Assembly: GCA_043803945.1 (NCBI GenBank)
Contig: JAZDJN010000061.1
Coordinates: 1 to 64,000 of the forward strand
Origin: a bacterium
GTDB taxonomy: Bacteria; Bacteroidota; Ignavibacteria; UBA10030
Direction of reading: 5' to 3'
DNA length: 64,000 nt
Program-made: the position numbers and the translations under genes
The notes under the pieces: generated by a model
Databases searched by the model: none
What the model was told of the DNA's origin: nothing
Seen by the model: only the letters and a program-made list of their open reading frames with translations
Shown: in pieces, positions 28,100 through 39,194 of the stretch
Position numbering within the stretch: the first letter of the stretch is position 1
Layout: each line of letters opens with the position of its first letter

Positions 28100-29149
28100 C
28101 TAGAAGCCCATACTGACGGTGAACATATTATTGGCACCAAAGTACTTCATAGCCTGGTAGCAATAATCGACACCCAGCGATACCCCTTCAAAGTTGGTTT
28201 TTAAACCAACACCGAATGAGTATGTATACATGAATGAATCTTGACTCAACACATCCTTCTGACTTGTCGGCGCAAGCGAATAACTGCCGCGAGCGAAGAT
28301 CATATTGTCGAATGTATATTCCATTCCGACTTTATACTCATCATCGTAGTAGTTATTGTTGATGAAATTACCGGACAGCTCGATAGCATTCTGATCATCG
28401 AGTTTTTGCATGTACGATGCACCCATCTCGAAGGTTGTCGGTAATTCATTGGGTGAGGTTTTAATGGTCAGCAATTCGTTCTGCCGATCCGGATTATCAC
28501 GGTACGTCGCCCATCGATACAGATCGGAGCCTTCAAAGGAATACGAGGACCCGACGTTACGGATGGCGATACCGATATTCAATCCCTGGACACCCAGACC
28601 AACATATTGGATACCAACACTTGCGGCAACACCGCTCGCTCTGGTATTCATGATGCTCTGAGACAGGAAATTGGCTTGAACACCGACAGCCACACGATCG
28701 ATGAGATAGGTTGAATAGCTGACTCCTACTGCAGTGAACGCCGGAGAAAACATTGCCCCTGTGCCATCGGGAAATTCTTCCGTTGTTACAGGAATGTCGC
28801 CGTACGCTACCGACTTCAAGGTTATGCCGATTGTGCCGAGGCCGCTGATTTTGGCCATGGCACCGACATAGTTCATCTTGATATCTGCAAAGTAGTCATA
28901 ATTCGAAAAAGTGAATTCATAATTATTCGCCGATCGTGCAGCACCGGCGGGATTCCAATAGAGAGCTTCCGCGCCAGTGACGTTCGAGAGTGTCGAACCG
29001 CCCAGGGCTAAACCGCGAGCACCAACAGGGATAAGCAACTCCATCGCACCCGCAGTACCAATGCGGTTCCGATCACCGGCAACCAGCACTGTAGTGCTCA
29101 AGAGAAGCACAATCAATGCCAGAGATAAGAGTTTGCCATATTGTTTCAT
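28100..29149 (-). CDS. porV: PorV/PorQ (UPF0164) family outer-membrane beta-barrel
   Basis: GTAGAMELLIPVGARGLALG, ALYWNPAG, C-terminal Phe. Confidence 0.85.
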   Translation of the reverse strand: MKQYGKLLSLALIVLLLSTTVLVAGDRNRIGTAGAMELLIPVGARGLALGGSTLSNVTGAEALYWNPAGAARSANNYEFTFSNYDYFADIKMNYVGAMAKISGLGTIGITLKSVAYGDIPVTTEEFPDGTGAMFSPAFTAVGVSYSTYLIDRVAVGVQANFLSQSIMNTRASGVAASVGIQYVGLGVQGLNIGIAIRNVGSSYSFEGSDLYRWATYRDNPDRQNELLTIKTSPNELPTTFEMGASYMQKLDDQNAIELSGNFINNNYYDDEYKVGMEYTFDNMIFARGSYSLAPTSQKDVLSQDSFMYTYSFGVGLKTNFEGVSLGVDYCYQAMKYFGANNMFTVSMGF

Positions 29150-29176
29150 AGTTTGTCTCCTTTAGATTGGCTACAG

Positions 29177-32100
29177 TTAGTTAATCCTTCGGTCAAGAAT
29201 TTGTACGGGCTGGATTATTGCCAATTTCAGCGTCTTTGTGACACCGAGACTCGGCATATCGACATAGACAACGTAGATGCCCGATGCTACCGGTAAACTC
29301 GTCTCATTGAGAAGGTTCCACACCGTAAATTGCGATTTGGAATCCTTCACAATGGTTTTCACAAGCTGACCAGTGACCGTGAAGATTCGTAACGTAGCCT
29401 TTTCTGGCAAGTGATTGAAAGTTACAAAACGTGAATATCGATCCCCCTCCTGCTTATTGAATGCTAAGTATGGATTGGGATAGACATTGATCTTTTTAAC
29501 TTGTTCTTTTTCTGTTTCTGTAGAAACTGCTGAGGCATCAACGGCAAAGTTGACTTTGTTCAGGCCTTCGACAAGTGGATTGTTGAAGTTGATACGTAGC
29601 TTATCGCCTGTTCCCCACTTACTGGTAGCAACAGGAACAAGTAACCAGGTTGCATTAGCATCTTCCGGAAGAATTTTCTTTGTCCCTGCCTGGAGGCCTG
29701 CGGCATCATAGTCAGAATAGTTTACGATTATGTATGCACGGCCAGCAAACCGAAGCCATGGATTGCCTGCATAGGCAGTAAATGTGGCGTTGGTGTTACC
29801 CCAAGGTGATTTGGCATCATAGTTACGGTCGATATCGCAATAGTTGATCTGCTTGTTGTTTTCGACATCCCATAACTCAAACGGGCCGCGAACATTTCTG
29901 CCAGTATATGCAGAGACGTTTGCCAGGCTTCTTGCTCCTGCCGGCCACAACGTCATCCATTGGCCACCACTGACAATTTCACTCTCATTGGGATTCGCGG
30001 CATCTTTCGGGACACCGGTAAAGCGCATTTCAAGGTCCCACTGAGATTTCGTTGCTGGAATAGAGCGTGTTCCACCAAAAAAGTCCTGGTACATACCGCT
30101 ACCATAACCAAAGAGTGTGGCGGTTCCCCAGAAAGCTAACGTGGAACCGCTGACCTTTGTTGCTACTGATCCAGTAGGATCCAATGGTGCATCCCAGGTC
30201 AATCCCTCGAACGAAATTTCAAGACCCTTTGCAATGACAGGTCCCGACGGGAATGGATACTCAGTCGATCCTGATGGCGTTTTCAAGGTAAATGTATTCG
30301 CCTTATTGAATTCGATCGAGTAATTACCATTCTCAGGCAGGGTTGGATTAATAACCCTCACCACAGCATTTCCATCAGCTGCTCCGACTTTTGTTGTTTT
30401 CACTGTATCCAGATATTTCACATTATAGGACAGACCAAATGCAAGCGCCTGAGGAACAACCAGACTGACGGCAGGTGTACCGGAAATTGTTTCCGGTTCG
30501 CCTTCTTTTGGGGTTGGATTTTTGCTGAATGCCGAAACACCAAAGTAGTACACATTGCCATTCACCAGTTTGCCGCCCTTTAATTCATCATTGGTGATCT
30601 TAATCTGTCGTTGAATCGCACCGACATTATATTCGGCAAGCTGCTTATCTGCATCGGATGGAGAGTTGCCTTTTAATTGATAGAGACGATAGCCCTGAAA
30701 AGCATATCCACGGCTTGCATAGTTCTCAGTTTCAGAGACTCTCTTTGGATCGCCCCAGTTTAGAATAACGGCACCATCCAATTCGGATTTTAAAACCAAG
30801 GGAGGCGGCGGAGGCGTAACGACCTGGAACAAATTGTCGTATGTATCTTGAGCATCTCTTGCAACCTGTCGCATCTTGGTGACGCTTGATAACCGATCTG
30901 CACCTTGACCGACAAGTGCTGCGACAACGCATTCCTGTACTTCGTCCTTCTGTGTGGTAAAAGGCCCGGTTGTCAAACAGATACGGCGATCACGGGGTCC
31001 ATAAGGATAAACGCCATCGACCCAGCCGGTGTTCGTAACCGGATCTCCGGGTGTTACCCAATTGGTAGCTTTTCCTGAAGCATCTTTCCAGGGCAACCCT
31101 GTTACGCCAACCAATCCTTTCATAAGGTTGTACCATCTCACTGCTCCTGTTAAAGGATTTTTTGAGGCCAGTGACGGATCGGCAAAATCAGATGGGCCGC
31201 CAAGGATGAAGATATTAAAGGAAGACATCTTAAGATTCTTCTTCCCATAAACTCTCTTCAAGTCCACCACTGCAGAATCAGTCGCTGCACCAGGAATTGT
31301 CGGACCTGAGAAGAATACATATCCTGTCGCAGGGGTTGCGGTACCAAACGATGCATCAGGTTTGGCGTTGTACACATACCCCATGCTCAGCAGAGTGTCG
31401 CACCCTGCAAGGTCATCTGTGGCATCGCCGAGATCGATATCTGCCCACATGGTCATATAGGTAGAATCGAGTTTTACACCGCTTTTGTTAAAGACTTTAT
31501 ATCGTAAGAAGATGATGTTTCCCAAAGCGCTTTGACGATTGTATCCCCAGATTGTCCGCTGGATTTCCAAACCAATCGGGTAGCCTGCATAGAAATTGAA
31601 GCAGGTTTGCTCGTTGGTATCGTTATAGACATGCCACATCGTTTGATCGGCATTCGGAATACCGGGAATATCGACGGTAGGATCATATTTGCCGTCAGCA
31701 TTCACGTCGTTATAAGGCGCACCAGACGCTACCGGCCATTCATCCCAATCCTTCTTGTATTCATCGTACATCTCATCGGCTGTCTGATGGACATACCGAT
31801 TTGTCAGCGGGAGCTCTTGAGACTCGATAATCTTGAGGGCTGCCGCACGGTCGATGGTATAAGGATTGACATCGGGACGCACGCGATACATACGGACGGA
31901 AGGAGCTTCTGCATTTTCAGCGACCGCATCGGCTTTATCAACGCCGGTGCCGTTCTGGGTAATTCGACCTGGCACCATACCGCTGCCATACGTCGATCCG
32001 TCCATGAAGAGACGCCCTAATCGATAACCACCGACAAGGAATCCATCTTCATAGTTCACGGTTTTGCCGCTTCCCTTTGGATACTCCATTGCTCCATTAT

Positions 32101-32302
32101 CGGCGATGGGACTTAATGACCCGACGCCGTCACCTTGATAAACATTGAATAATTTATTGATCGTGAAGCATTTCCACGATTTTAAATCAAGAGTCTTATT
32201 TAGTCTCTTTTGATCACCCTTCGGACCTTCGGCTGCACTCGCCAAACCAAAAGCGAGTAGAAGCGTAACGATCACCAAGAGTCTGGTAATTGGCTTTGTC
32301 AT
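29177..32302 (-). CDS. Large secreted protein with T9SS type A/FlgD-Ig-like C-terminal sorting domain
   Basis: Signal peptide; EYPKGSGK, WADIDLG, DDLAGCD; C-terminal INVYPNPY...IFTVTGQLVKTI...WNL...VASGIY...KLAII. Confidence 0.85.
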   Translation of the reverse strand: MTKPITRLLVIVTLLLAFGLASAAEGPKGDQKRLNKTLDLKSWKCFTINKLFNVYQGDGVGSLSPIADNGAMEYPKGSGKTVNYEDGFLVGGYRLGRLFMDGSTYGSGMVPGRITQNGTGVDKADAVAENAEAPSVRMYRVRPDVNPYTIDRAAALKIIESQELPLTNRYVHQTADEMYDEYKKDWDEWPVASGAPYNDVNADGKYDPTVDIPGIPNADQTMWHVYNDTNEQTCFNFYAGYPIGLEIQRTIWGYNRQSALGNIIFLRYKVFNKSGVKLDSTYMTMWADIDLGDATDDLAGCDTLLSMGYVYNAKPDASFGTATPATGYVFFSGPTIPGAATDSAVVDLKRVYGKKNLKMSSFNIFILGGPSDFADPSLASKNPLTGAVRWYNLMKGLVGVTGLPWKDASGKATNWVTPGDPVTNTGWVDGVYPYGPRDRRICLTTGPFTTQKDEVQECVVAALVGQGADRLSSVTKMRQVARDAQDTYDNLFQVVTPPPPPLVLKSELDGAVILNWGDPKRVSETENYASRGYAFQGYRLYQLKGNSPSDADKQLAEYNVGAIQRQIKITNDELKGGKLVNGNVYYFGVSAFSKNPTPKEGEPETISGTPAVSLVVPQALAFGLSYNVKYLDTVKTTKVGAADGNAVVRVINPTLPENGNYSIEFNKANTFTLKTPSGSTEYPFPSGPVIAKGLEISFEGLTWDAPLDPTGSVATKVSGSTLAFWGTATLFGYGSGMYQDFFGGTRSIPATKSQWDLEMRFTGVPKDAANPNESEIVSGGQWMTLWPAGARSLANVSAYTGRNVRGPFELWDVENNKQINYCDIDRNYDAKSPWGNTNATFTAYAGNPWLRFAGRAYIIVNYSDYDAAGLQAGTKKILPEDANATWLLVPVATSKWGTGDKLRINFNNPLVEGLNKVNFAVDASAVSTETEKEQVKKINVYPNPYLAFNKQEGDRYSRFVTFNHLPEKATLRIFTVTGQLVKTIVKDSKSQFTVWNLLNETSLPVASGIYVVYVDMPSLGVTKTLKLAIIQPVQILDRRIN

Positions 32303-32321
32303 TTGCTAGCCTCCTATTAGA

Positions 32322-35312
32322 TTAATATTCTAATTTTACACCAATGATGATCGTTCGCGGAGCTTGAATTAGGCCACCGCCGCCGCCTGGTGTTCTAAAC
32401 CATTCCTGAATCGCTTTCCAACGATCGGCATCCTTACCGCGTGCTGCATAGGCACTCTCGAACTCCGGACTGGTAAAATATCCATCCTGATACACATCGC
32501 CAGTGTGATTGTAAACACTGGTGGCCATTTTGGAATTCGGAATGTTGTTCATACGGATATAGACGTTCGCATTAAGAGTTCCTAATTGGAACGTCTTGTC
32601 GATACGGCCATCCAACTGCATGAACCATGGGGTCATCGAAGCGCCAACCTCTTCCAGTGGGAAAATATTTCGACCGTCAACAAACTTGTTCTCTTCCCGT
32701 GTATAGTTGGTTCCGCTCCGGAATGTGAACAGAAGGTTGAGTCCCATTTGTTCGAAAATCGGCCCGCCATCATTTCGTCCGAAACGATAATCGAGCATAA
32801 TGTTGCCGCGATGAGGATTATTAAACGATGTCGGCAGAATATATTTTGGGATAAACGGAGCGCTACCGACTGAACCGCCATAGAGCAATGCTTTACCATT
32901 GCTGCTCATACCGGTTGCCTTTGAATCGGAAAGTGTATAGTTCGCATTGACCTGAACACGATTCGTTCTGCGTAAGGTGAATTTGAGCTCCAAACCCTTG
33001 GTCGTGGCAAAGTCACCATTGGTGAGCAGAGGAATCGGACCGGCAGCATCGGAACCAGTCGTCGGCAGGAAGTAACGATATTCAACCTGATCGATGATGT
33101 TCTTGTAGAATGCCGTAATATCGAACGAGGCATTATCAGAGAACTGCTGCGCAAAACCGAGCTCGTACTGTGTCGATTTCTGTGGCTTTAATCCGAATCC
33201 GTACGTGGAGCTATAGAAGAATTGACCACGCAGCAATCCGGAGAGAGCAACCTGTGAGGCAACCTCACTTCCAAGTGAACCCTGACCGACGAACTTTCCG
33301 AATTGAGCATGGAAAACCGTACGATCGGTAACCGGGAAGCTGAACCCAAAGCGGGGTTGGATATATCCCTTGGCTTCGGCTTCGGCGAAATTATTCGCTC
33401 GAACGGCGCTGTATTCCGAACTGAACTTAATCATGGACGGATCTATCAGCGGGCGAATATCGGTGGCAATATAATCGTACCGCATACCAATATTCATTAC
33501 GATGTCGCGTAATTCAATCTTCGTTTGAATATAACCGGCTCCGTACGCTGGTTGGATTGGTTTTGGTGCAACTTCAACCACATTTCCCTGCGCATCGGTA
33601 ACGTTAAGAGCATCTTCCCGTTCATTGCCGTACAGATCGTAGCCAATGATATTGCTGCCAGCGATAAGCTGCTTCTCAAAATCTGCTTTGTTTGGATATC
33701 TCTTATTCAGAGCAGCCCAGTTTTGAAGAGAGGGAGGAGAATAGTTGCGGTACTTCGATACCTGGTATTCACCGCCAACTTTTACCTCAATCTCATTTGT
33801 CAATTGGGTGGTAAAGTCTACCTTACCGCCAAATGCAAACTTCGCGTTTTTGTTATATCCATTTGTTGGTCCGGTTCCCGGAGGTGCGATAGCAGTCAAA
33901 CCTGCGGTCTGATCGTTTCGATCGCCCAGCGCCGGTGTCCAGAAACTGGTGGTTGTTCCATCAGCGCGATATTGCACTTTTCGTTGATTCCAGTTTGCCG
34001 CGGAGTCGCCATAGAGATAGAAATTATCCTTGAAGATTGGATCCTGCGAAGTGCTATTGCTGCCATAGAAGCTTCCGCTCACCTCAAGGAAGGTTTTTGC
34101 ATCGATGAATTGTGTAATTTTCAGATCGGCGAAATAGTTTTGGGATGTACCTTCTGCCGTCAGGTCTGGATTCCAATTCTTCGTGTCATATCCAATTCCA
34201 TTCTTGGTGCTTTGCGTGTACATCGAACCGCCAAACCGAACCTGTGTCGATTTGAGATCCCACGTCACGGTACCGACAACGTTGAGGTTTAAATTTTTAC
34301 CCGGGATGCCGCCGCGCAATGGGCCGGCTCCATACTTATATCCCTTTATTGTATCCTGAAGAGCTGTCATTGGATGCTGGGGTGTATATGCAGCCATCGT
34401 CACAAAATCGCCCCATTCCTTCGGTTCGTTCCAAGTCGGATCACTCCCATACAGCGTGCGCTGGTTTTGGGCGCTGATGAACGCGCGGAGGTTATCCATA
34501 AATAACGGACCGCCGGCTGTCAACACAGCAGTATGATAACCGGTGGAGTACGTTCCAAATTGTTTTTGATCCTGACCGGCCCACCGATCAGTTTCCGCTA
34601 ATATTCCAAACCGCCATGATTCACTGCCGGAACGGAGTTGTTGACGAATCAAGCCTGCGTTGGCGCCGCCGAACTCAGCAGAGTATCCGCCCGTCATGAC
34701 TTGTACTTCCTCAACTGCTTCTGCAATGATCGTCACTGCGTTATTCCCGGTAAACGGATCGCGAACTGAAACACCTTCAAGCGCCCAGCCGGTTTCATCT
34801 AATCGGCTACCTCGAATGTAGTATGTTCCCGACGTGCTTCCCGCTACCAAACCGGGCTGCAATGCAATCGCCGCATTGATACCGCGTGAGGGTAATCGAT
34901 CGAATAATGTTTGATCGATAACGCGAACGGAGCTTGTCGCACTCTTATTGACCAACGGGCGTTCTGCAATAATCTCGACACCCTGCAAATCGACGCCGGT
35001 TGAAGTCAACTCGAAATTCCGTTCCGTTGTCAACGCCGAACTGACGATGATATTACGTACCGTTGTACTCTGGTACCCTACATAACTCGCTTTTAAAGCG
35101 TAGGTTCCAGCCGGAACATTGAGGATAAGATACTCACCGTTCACATCGGATACTGCGCCCATTGTCGTTCCTTCCACAACAACGTTGGCCCCGATGAGCG
35201 GGTCTTTTGATTTTACATCCACTACCGTTCCGCGGACCTTTCCTGATTGCGAAAAGAGAATCCCAGGAACAAGTAACAACAGGAGTAAAGCATACCAATG
35301 TTTTGGTTGCAT
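32322..35312 (-). CDS. TonB-dependent receptor with N-terminal CarboxypepD_reg-like domain
   Basis: Start MQPKHW after AAGGAGG; GKVRGTVVD...PLIGANV, YIRGSR, TGGYSAEFG, PRFGFSFP, C-terminal GVKLEY. Confidence 0.9.
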   Translation of the reverse strand: MQPKHWYALLLLLLVPGILFSQSGKVRGTVVDVKSKDPLIGANVVVEGTTMGAVSDVNGEYLILNVPAGTYALKASYVGYQSTTVRNIIVSSALTTERNFELTSTGVDLQGVEIIAERPLVNKSATSSVRVIDQTLFDRLPSRGINAAIALQPGLVAGSTSGTYYIRGSRLDETGWALEGVSVRDPFTGNNAVTIIAEAVEEVQVMTGGYSAEFGGANAGLIRQQLRSGSESWRFGILAETDRWAGQDQKQFGTYSTGYHTAVLTAGGPLFMDNLRAFISAQNQRTLYGSDPTWNEPKEWGDFVTMAAYTPQHPMTALQDTIKGYKYGAGPLRGGIPGKNLNLNVVGTVTWDLKSTQVRFGGSMYTQSTKNGIGYDTKNWNPDLTAEGTSQNYFADLKITQFIDAKTFLEVSGSFYGSNSTSQDPIFKDNFYLYGDSAANWNQRKVQYRADGTTTSFWTPALGDRNDQTAGLTAIAPPGTGPTNGYNKNAKFAFGGKVDFTTQLTNEIEVKVGGEYQVSKYRNYSPPSLQNWAALNKRYPNKADFEKQLIAGSNIIGYDLYGNEREDALNVTDAQGNVVEVAPKPIQPAYGAGYIQTKIELRDIVMNIGMRYDYIATDIRPLIDPSMIKFSSEYSAVRANNFAEAEAKGYIQPRFGFSFPVTDRTVFHAQFGKFVGQGSLGSEVASQVALSGLLRGQFFYSSTYGFGLKPQKSTQYELGFAQQFSDNASFDITAFYKNIIDQVEYRYFLPTTGSDAAGPIPLLTNGDFATTKGLELKFTLRRTNRVQVNANYTLSDSKATGMSSNGKALLYGGSVGSAPFIPKYILPTSFNNPHRGNIMLDYRFGRNDGGPIFEQMGLNLLFTFRSGTNYTREENKFVDGRNIFPLEEVGASMTPWFMQLDGRIDKTFQLGTLNANVYIRMNNIPNSKMATSVYNHTGDVYQDGYFTSPEFESAYAARGKDADRWKAIQEWFRTPGGGGGLIQAPRTIIIGVKLEY

Positions 35313-36009
35313 AGAAGATACCTCCTTCATGTGGGAGTTTGTGTTAAATGAATTGAGGTTTGAATTATATAGCCCAAGGTTTTTTACAAACCGCCGCCCG
35401 GGCATGGTGAGAAAAGTATTGGCAAATAGTCCCGCCCCCATGAGCGAAGAACAACGGCCCATAAGGGACTAGCTTCACCTCCTTCTTTAGGTGTTATAAC
35501 CGATTAAGCTCTAGCCCAATTGCTGAAAGAATATAACCGACACTCCACACTTTGTCAAGCGTTTTTTCCTGAAAGCTTAGATTGATTTGGGAAGGAGGGT
35601 AAATGGTTCAATTCTTCCCTATTCGGTTGAGAATGAGGGAACCGCCACTCTCGCTTAAATTCAACCAATCGCACTCCATGCTCTATAGTAATTGGCACAA
35701 CGAGTAATCCTGGAATGACCTCGATTCAAGGCAGGATAAGTAGTCAGTGAGCTTGGAATGCTTACCCGCCATCCTTCGCGCTTTTTGCGCCCGCTGTCTT
35801 TTGGGTGGATTGGCGGGATTCTATTCAAGGACTGATAAATGGAATTAATGGTTCTTCAATCTACTTCCACTCTCCGCATGATAGATGCTGATTAGAATCA
35901 TATCAGCAACACTAGTAGTTTATCGCCGCATAATAGAACACTGAACACCCAGAACAAACACAGATCATCACAGATCAATGAATATTTGTGTCCTCTGTGT
36001 AATCTGTGG

Positions 36010-38538
36010 TCAAAACTCCATCCGCACACCGAGCCGTACTCTTCGCAATTCGTAGTATGCACTCGGATCGCCTAACTCGCCGCCAATGCGACCGTTCGAG
36101 TCGACCCAGCGAATGTTCTTAGAGTTGAACAGGTTCCGGATATCGATAAAGAGAGAAAGCGAAGAGGTGATGGGGCTTCCTAACTGAAACTCCCTCCTCA
36201 ACTTCAAATCGACAGTCGAGGCATCTTTCATTCTGCTGTTATTCGGAGTGAAGAGAATAGAGGGATCTGCCGCGTTGAAGCCGTCGCGTGTTGGATAGTA
36301 CGTGTACGGCCGTGCTGAATTATACTGAGCGATGAGATTTGCTTGAACGTCCAGCGGCAGATTCATGTCCGCATCCAACTTCACGGTATGCCTTTGATCC
36401 CAACTCAACGGATACGGCCGCGCCACCAGCGGAAATCCCCATTGGGCAAGATTCATATTTTGGTTGACATACTCACCTAAACCTTCCGCCATCATGTAAG
36501 TATAGGAAAGTGTACCATTGAGTATTTCATTGTGTTCACGGCTCAGAAAGAACTCCACCCCGCGTGCGATCGCCGTCGCATTGTTCACGTACGTCGCAAA
36601 ACCATAATCACCGGCATACCTGCTGTCAAACGGTACGAGAGTCTTTGCATCGATCTGGTTTTTCATCTGCTTCTGGAAATATGTTACCGAGGCAACGAGG
36701 CCGTTTCTCAACGCCTGTTTGAATCCAACTTCCCATGCCATTACCCGCTCCGGCTCCAGGTCCGGATTGCCGGCCTGGACATTCTTGGCTCCGAACTTGA
36801 GCTGTGCCGGATTGATACCGGAATACAAATAGTCGAACAGGGGAAATTGAAAATACTGTCCAAAGTTCACAAAAAAGAATCCCTCTTCGCCAATCGGACC
36901 AGCGACCGAAAGCCGCGGACTGATCTGCTGTTTGAGGCTCGCTCTGGCAGTTCCAACAATTTTCTGTGAATACTCTTTTGGAGCAGTGGGGACAAACTCC
37001 ACAATCGGCCGCTCTGCGGTCGGATCGAAGAAATCCCATCGCAGGCCGAGCGTAATAATAGAGCCATCTTCTACAATCTGGATTTTATCCTGAAGGAAGA
37101 CATTGCCGGAACGCGGCTGGTAGGTGTAGGAATTGCTGAAGTTCAACGGCTCGCTGAAGAGTACCGGCTTGCCGAAGTAGTTGGTTTGCGGCTCATACTT
37201 GATCAAGTCGCCAAGCGCGTTGTATTGATTCAGTTCGAATCCGGCCTTGAACAAATGTTGAGCGAACAGTTGTGAGGTAAAGTCGCCCTTGAGGCTGTAC
37301 GTCTGTTGCTGGATATCTGCCCACCAACTTTTATTGCCCTTCACAATGTATCGAAGATAGACATCGTACTCATAAGGTGAATACGTTACATTCTCTTTTG
37401 TTCCATCGCCAAGCCGAGATTGTGTATTAAACCAACTGACACTGAGTGAATAGAAGGATGAATTGGAGATTGTGTGATTGAAGAGGAGTGCCAGCCGGGA
37501 TGATTCCTTTTTCCGCCTGGGAAGCCCATTCAAATTGAAGCGCCATGAAAACTCGTAATCGCGCCACTCCTGTAGTCCATACAATACCTGGAGCGATAAC
37601 CGCGCGAATGGCGAGAAAGCATATTCGATCTTTCCAAAGCCGCTGAATTCCTTCCGAATCGGCGACCGAAAGAACTCCTGCATCTCCTGCCACCAGCGTG
37701 TGTCTGAACGTGCAGCGGTGGCGGCAATAAATCCGAAGAGGCGGTCGGTGATCAGCGGACCGCTTCCAGTCAGCTCCACTTCCTGTGCGCGGTCGGTCTG
37801 TTTGGAAACAGCTTCCGGCAGATTCTGGTCCCGTTCATAACGAAGATTAAACTGCGGTACATCTACAGCAGATTTCGTTATAACGTTGACAACACCTGAA
37901 AGCGCGTTCCCATATTCGGCATCAAATCCTCCGGTATAAATTGTGAGGCCGGTGATGGCGCTTCGCGGCAGGCTCGCTCCTAATCCGCCGCTGATGAGGT
38001 TCTGCACAGGAAGGCCATCGACAAGGTACACCACATCGGTCACTCTTCCACCGCGGACATTTCCTTCGCGTGTCACTCCAGGCTGCAACGTTAGGACATC
38101 CCTGAATTCTGTGATGGGCATTTTTTCCAGTCTCGCCTCGGCGAAGGTAAAGGCTGTGGCGGCAAGATCGCGCTGAATGATTGGCCGTTCCGCCCTGATC
38201 TCCACCTCTTTCATTTCAACACTTGTTTCTTCCAACTCCGCATCGATGCGCGTTCTCAGGTCCGGCAGAATGGTGACCTTCTTCACCTCCTGCGCTGCAT
38301 AGCCGGTCATGCTGATGCGAACCTCATAGATACCAGCGCGGATATTGTTAATCTGGTACCGGCCGTTGACGTCCGTGACTCCGCCCTGCTTCGTGGCAAG
38401 GATGAGCACAGTCGCACCGATGAGAAGCTCTTTTGATTTTTTATCGCGGATGCGTCCTTCAAGAATTCCCGTGATGCCAAAAAATCCGGCATGGAGTTCA
38501 GTACAGCACACGACAAGGATGACGAGGAGCTTGAACAT
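36010..38538 (-). CDS. TonB-dependent receptor
   Basis: GILEGRIRD, VRGGR...YLVDG, TGGFDAEYGNALSGVVNVITK, GNPDLEPE, C-terminal GVRMEF. Confidence 0.9.
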   Translation of the reverse strand: MFKLLVILVVCCTELHAGFFGITGILEGRIRDKKSKELLIGATVLILATKQGGVTDVNGRYQINNIRAGIYEVRISMTGYAAQEVKKVTILPDLRTRIDAELEETSVEMKEVEIRAERPIIQRDLAATAFTFAEARLEKMPITEFRDVLTLQPGVTREGNVRGGRVTDVVYLVDGLPVQNLISGGLGASLPRSAITGLTIYTGGFDAEYGNALSGVVNVITKSAVDVPQFNLRYERDQNLPEAVSKQTDRAQEVELTGSGPLITDRLFGFIAATAARSDTRWWQEMQEFFRSPIRKEFSGFGKIEYAFSPFARLSLQVLYGLQEWRDYEFSWRFNLNGLPRRKKESSRLALLFNHTISNSSFYSLSVSWFNTQSRLGDGTKENVTYSPYEYDVYLRYIVKGNKSWWADIQQQTYSLKGDFTSQLFAQHLFKAGFELNQYNALGDLIKYEPQTNYFGKPVLFSEPLNFSNSYTYQPRSGNVFLQDKIQIVEDGSIITLGLRWDFFDPTAERPIVEFVPTAPKEYSQKIVGTARASLKQQISPRLSVAGPIGEEGFFFVNFGQYFQFPLFDYLYSGINPAQLKFGAKNVQAGNPDLEPERVMAWEVGFKQALRNGLVASVTYFQKQMKNQIDAKTLVPFDSRYAGDYGFATYVNNATAIARGVEFFLSREHNEILNGTLSYTYMMAEGLGEYVNQNMNLAQWGFPLVARPYPLSWDQRHTVKLDADMNLPLDVQANLIAQYNSARPYTYYPTRDGFNAADPSILFTPNNSRMKDASTVDLKLRREFQLGSPITSSLSLFIDIRNLFNSKNIRWVDSNGRIGGELGDPSAYYELRRVRLGVRMEF

Positions 38539-38544
38539 AGACTA

Positions 38545-39192
38545 TTAGTCAAAGATATTTGTGACAATCGTTATTGGCCCGCATTCGGTAACCGCTGGCG
38601 GGCACTCGACGTCGTAATAGTTCATCCAGCAGACATCGACCAGACGCTGTGTAAAGAGCAGCTCCGTTCCTGCAGTTTGAAACAGTCTGAACGACCCGCC
38701 CACAAGGAACTCCTCACGCCGGGCGATTATACGACCGGGGCACGTGCGATCAGACTGTAATTGAAACACAGAATTCCGGAGATCAATCCCTTGATCGTCG
38801 ATAAAATACCAGTCGTACGTAAACGTTGCAGTATCACCCGGATTCATGGTGACTAATCCGGATGCACGATCGTAGAGCCAGTACTCCTTCAGCATGTCCG
38901 GCGTTAGTTGAAACGATTTTTGAATCATCCGCTCGCGCGGCAGGGTAATTTTGAATGCATTTTTAAAGATTGCTTTATCCTGTAATGTTTTATCATACAC
39001 ATTGCGCAGCACGACGCGAATCCGCATGCAATTCATCTGATAGTGCGGCATGATCTTGATATAGTACCGTGCGTCCAGTGTGGCAGTGAGGACGCCTCCG
39101 GGATCATTCCGCGAAGGCATTGGTTCATCGCATGAGACACCGCAAGCGAGCAGAGCGGCAAAGAAGAAGGGTATGATCTTATTCATCACCAT
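38545..39192 (-). CDS. Hypothetical lipoprotein
   Basis: Signal peptide with lipobox-like LLACGVSC; closely packed with both neighbours. Confidence 0.65.
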   Translation of the reverse strand: MVMNKIIPFFFAALLACGVSCDEPMPSRNDPGGVLTATLDARYYIKIMPHYQMNCMRIRVVLRNVYDKTLQDKAIFKNAFKITLPRERMIQKSFQLTPDMLKEYWLYDRASGLVTMNPGDTATFTYDWYFIDDQGIDLRNSVFQLQSDRTCPGRIIARREEFLVGGSFRLFQTAGTELLFTQRLVDVCWMNYYDVECPPAVTECGPITIVTNIFD

Positions 39193-39194
39193 GC

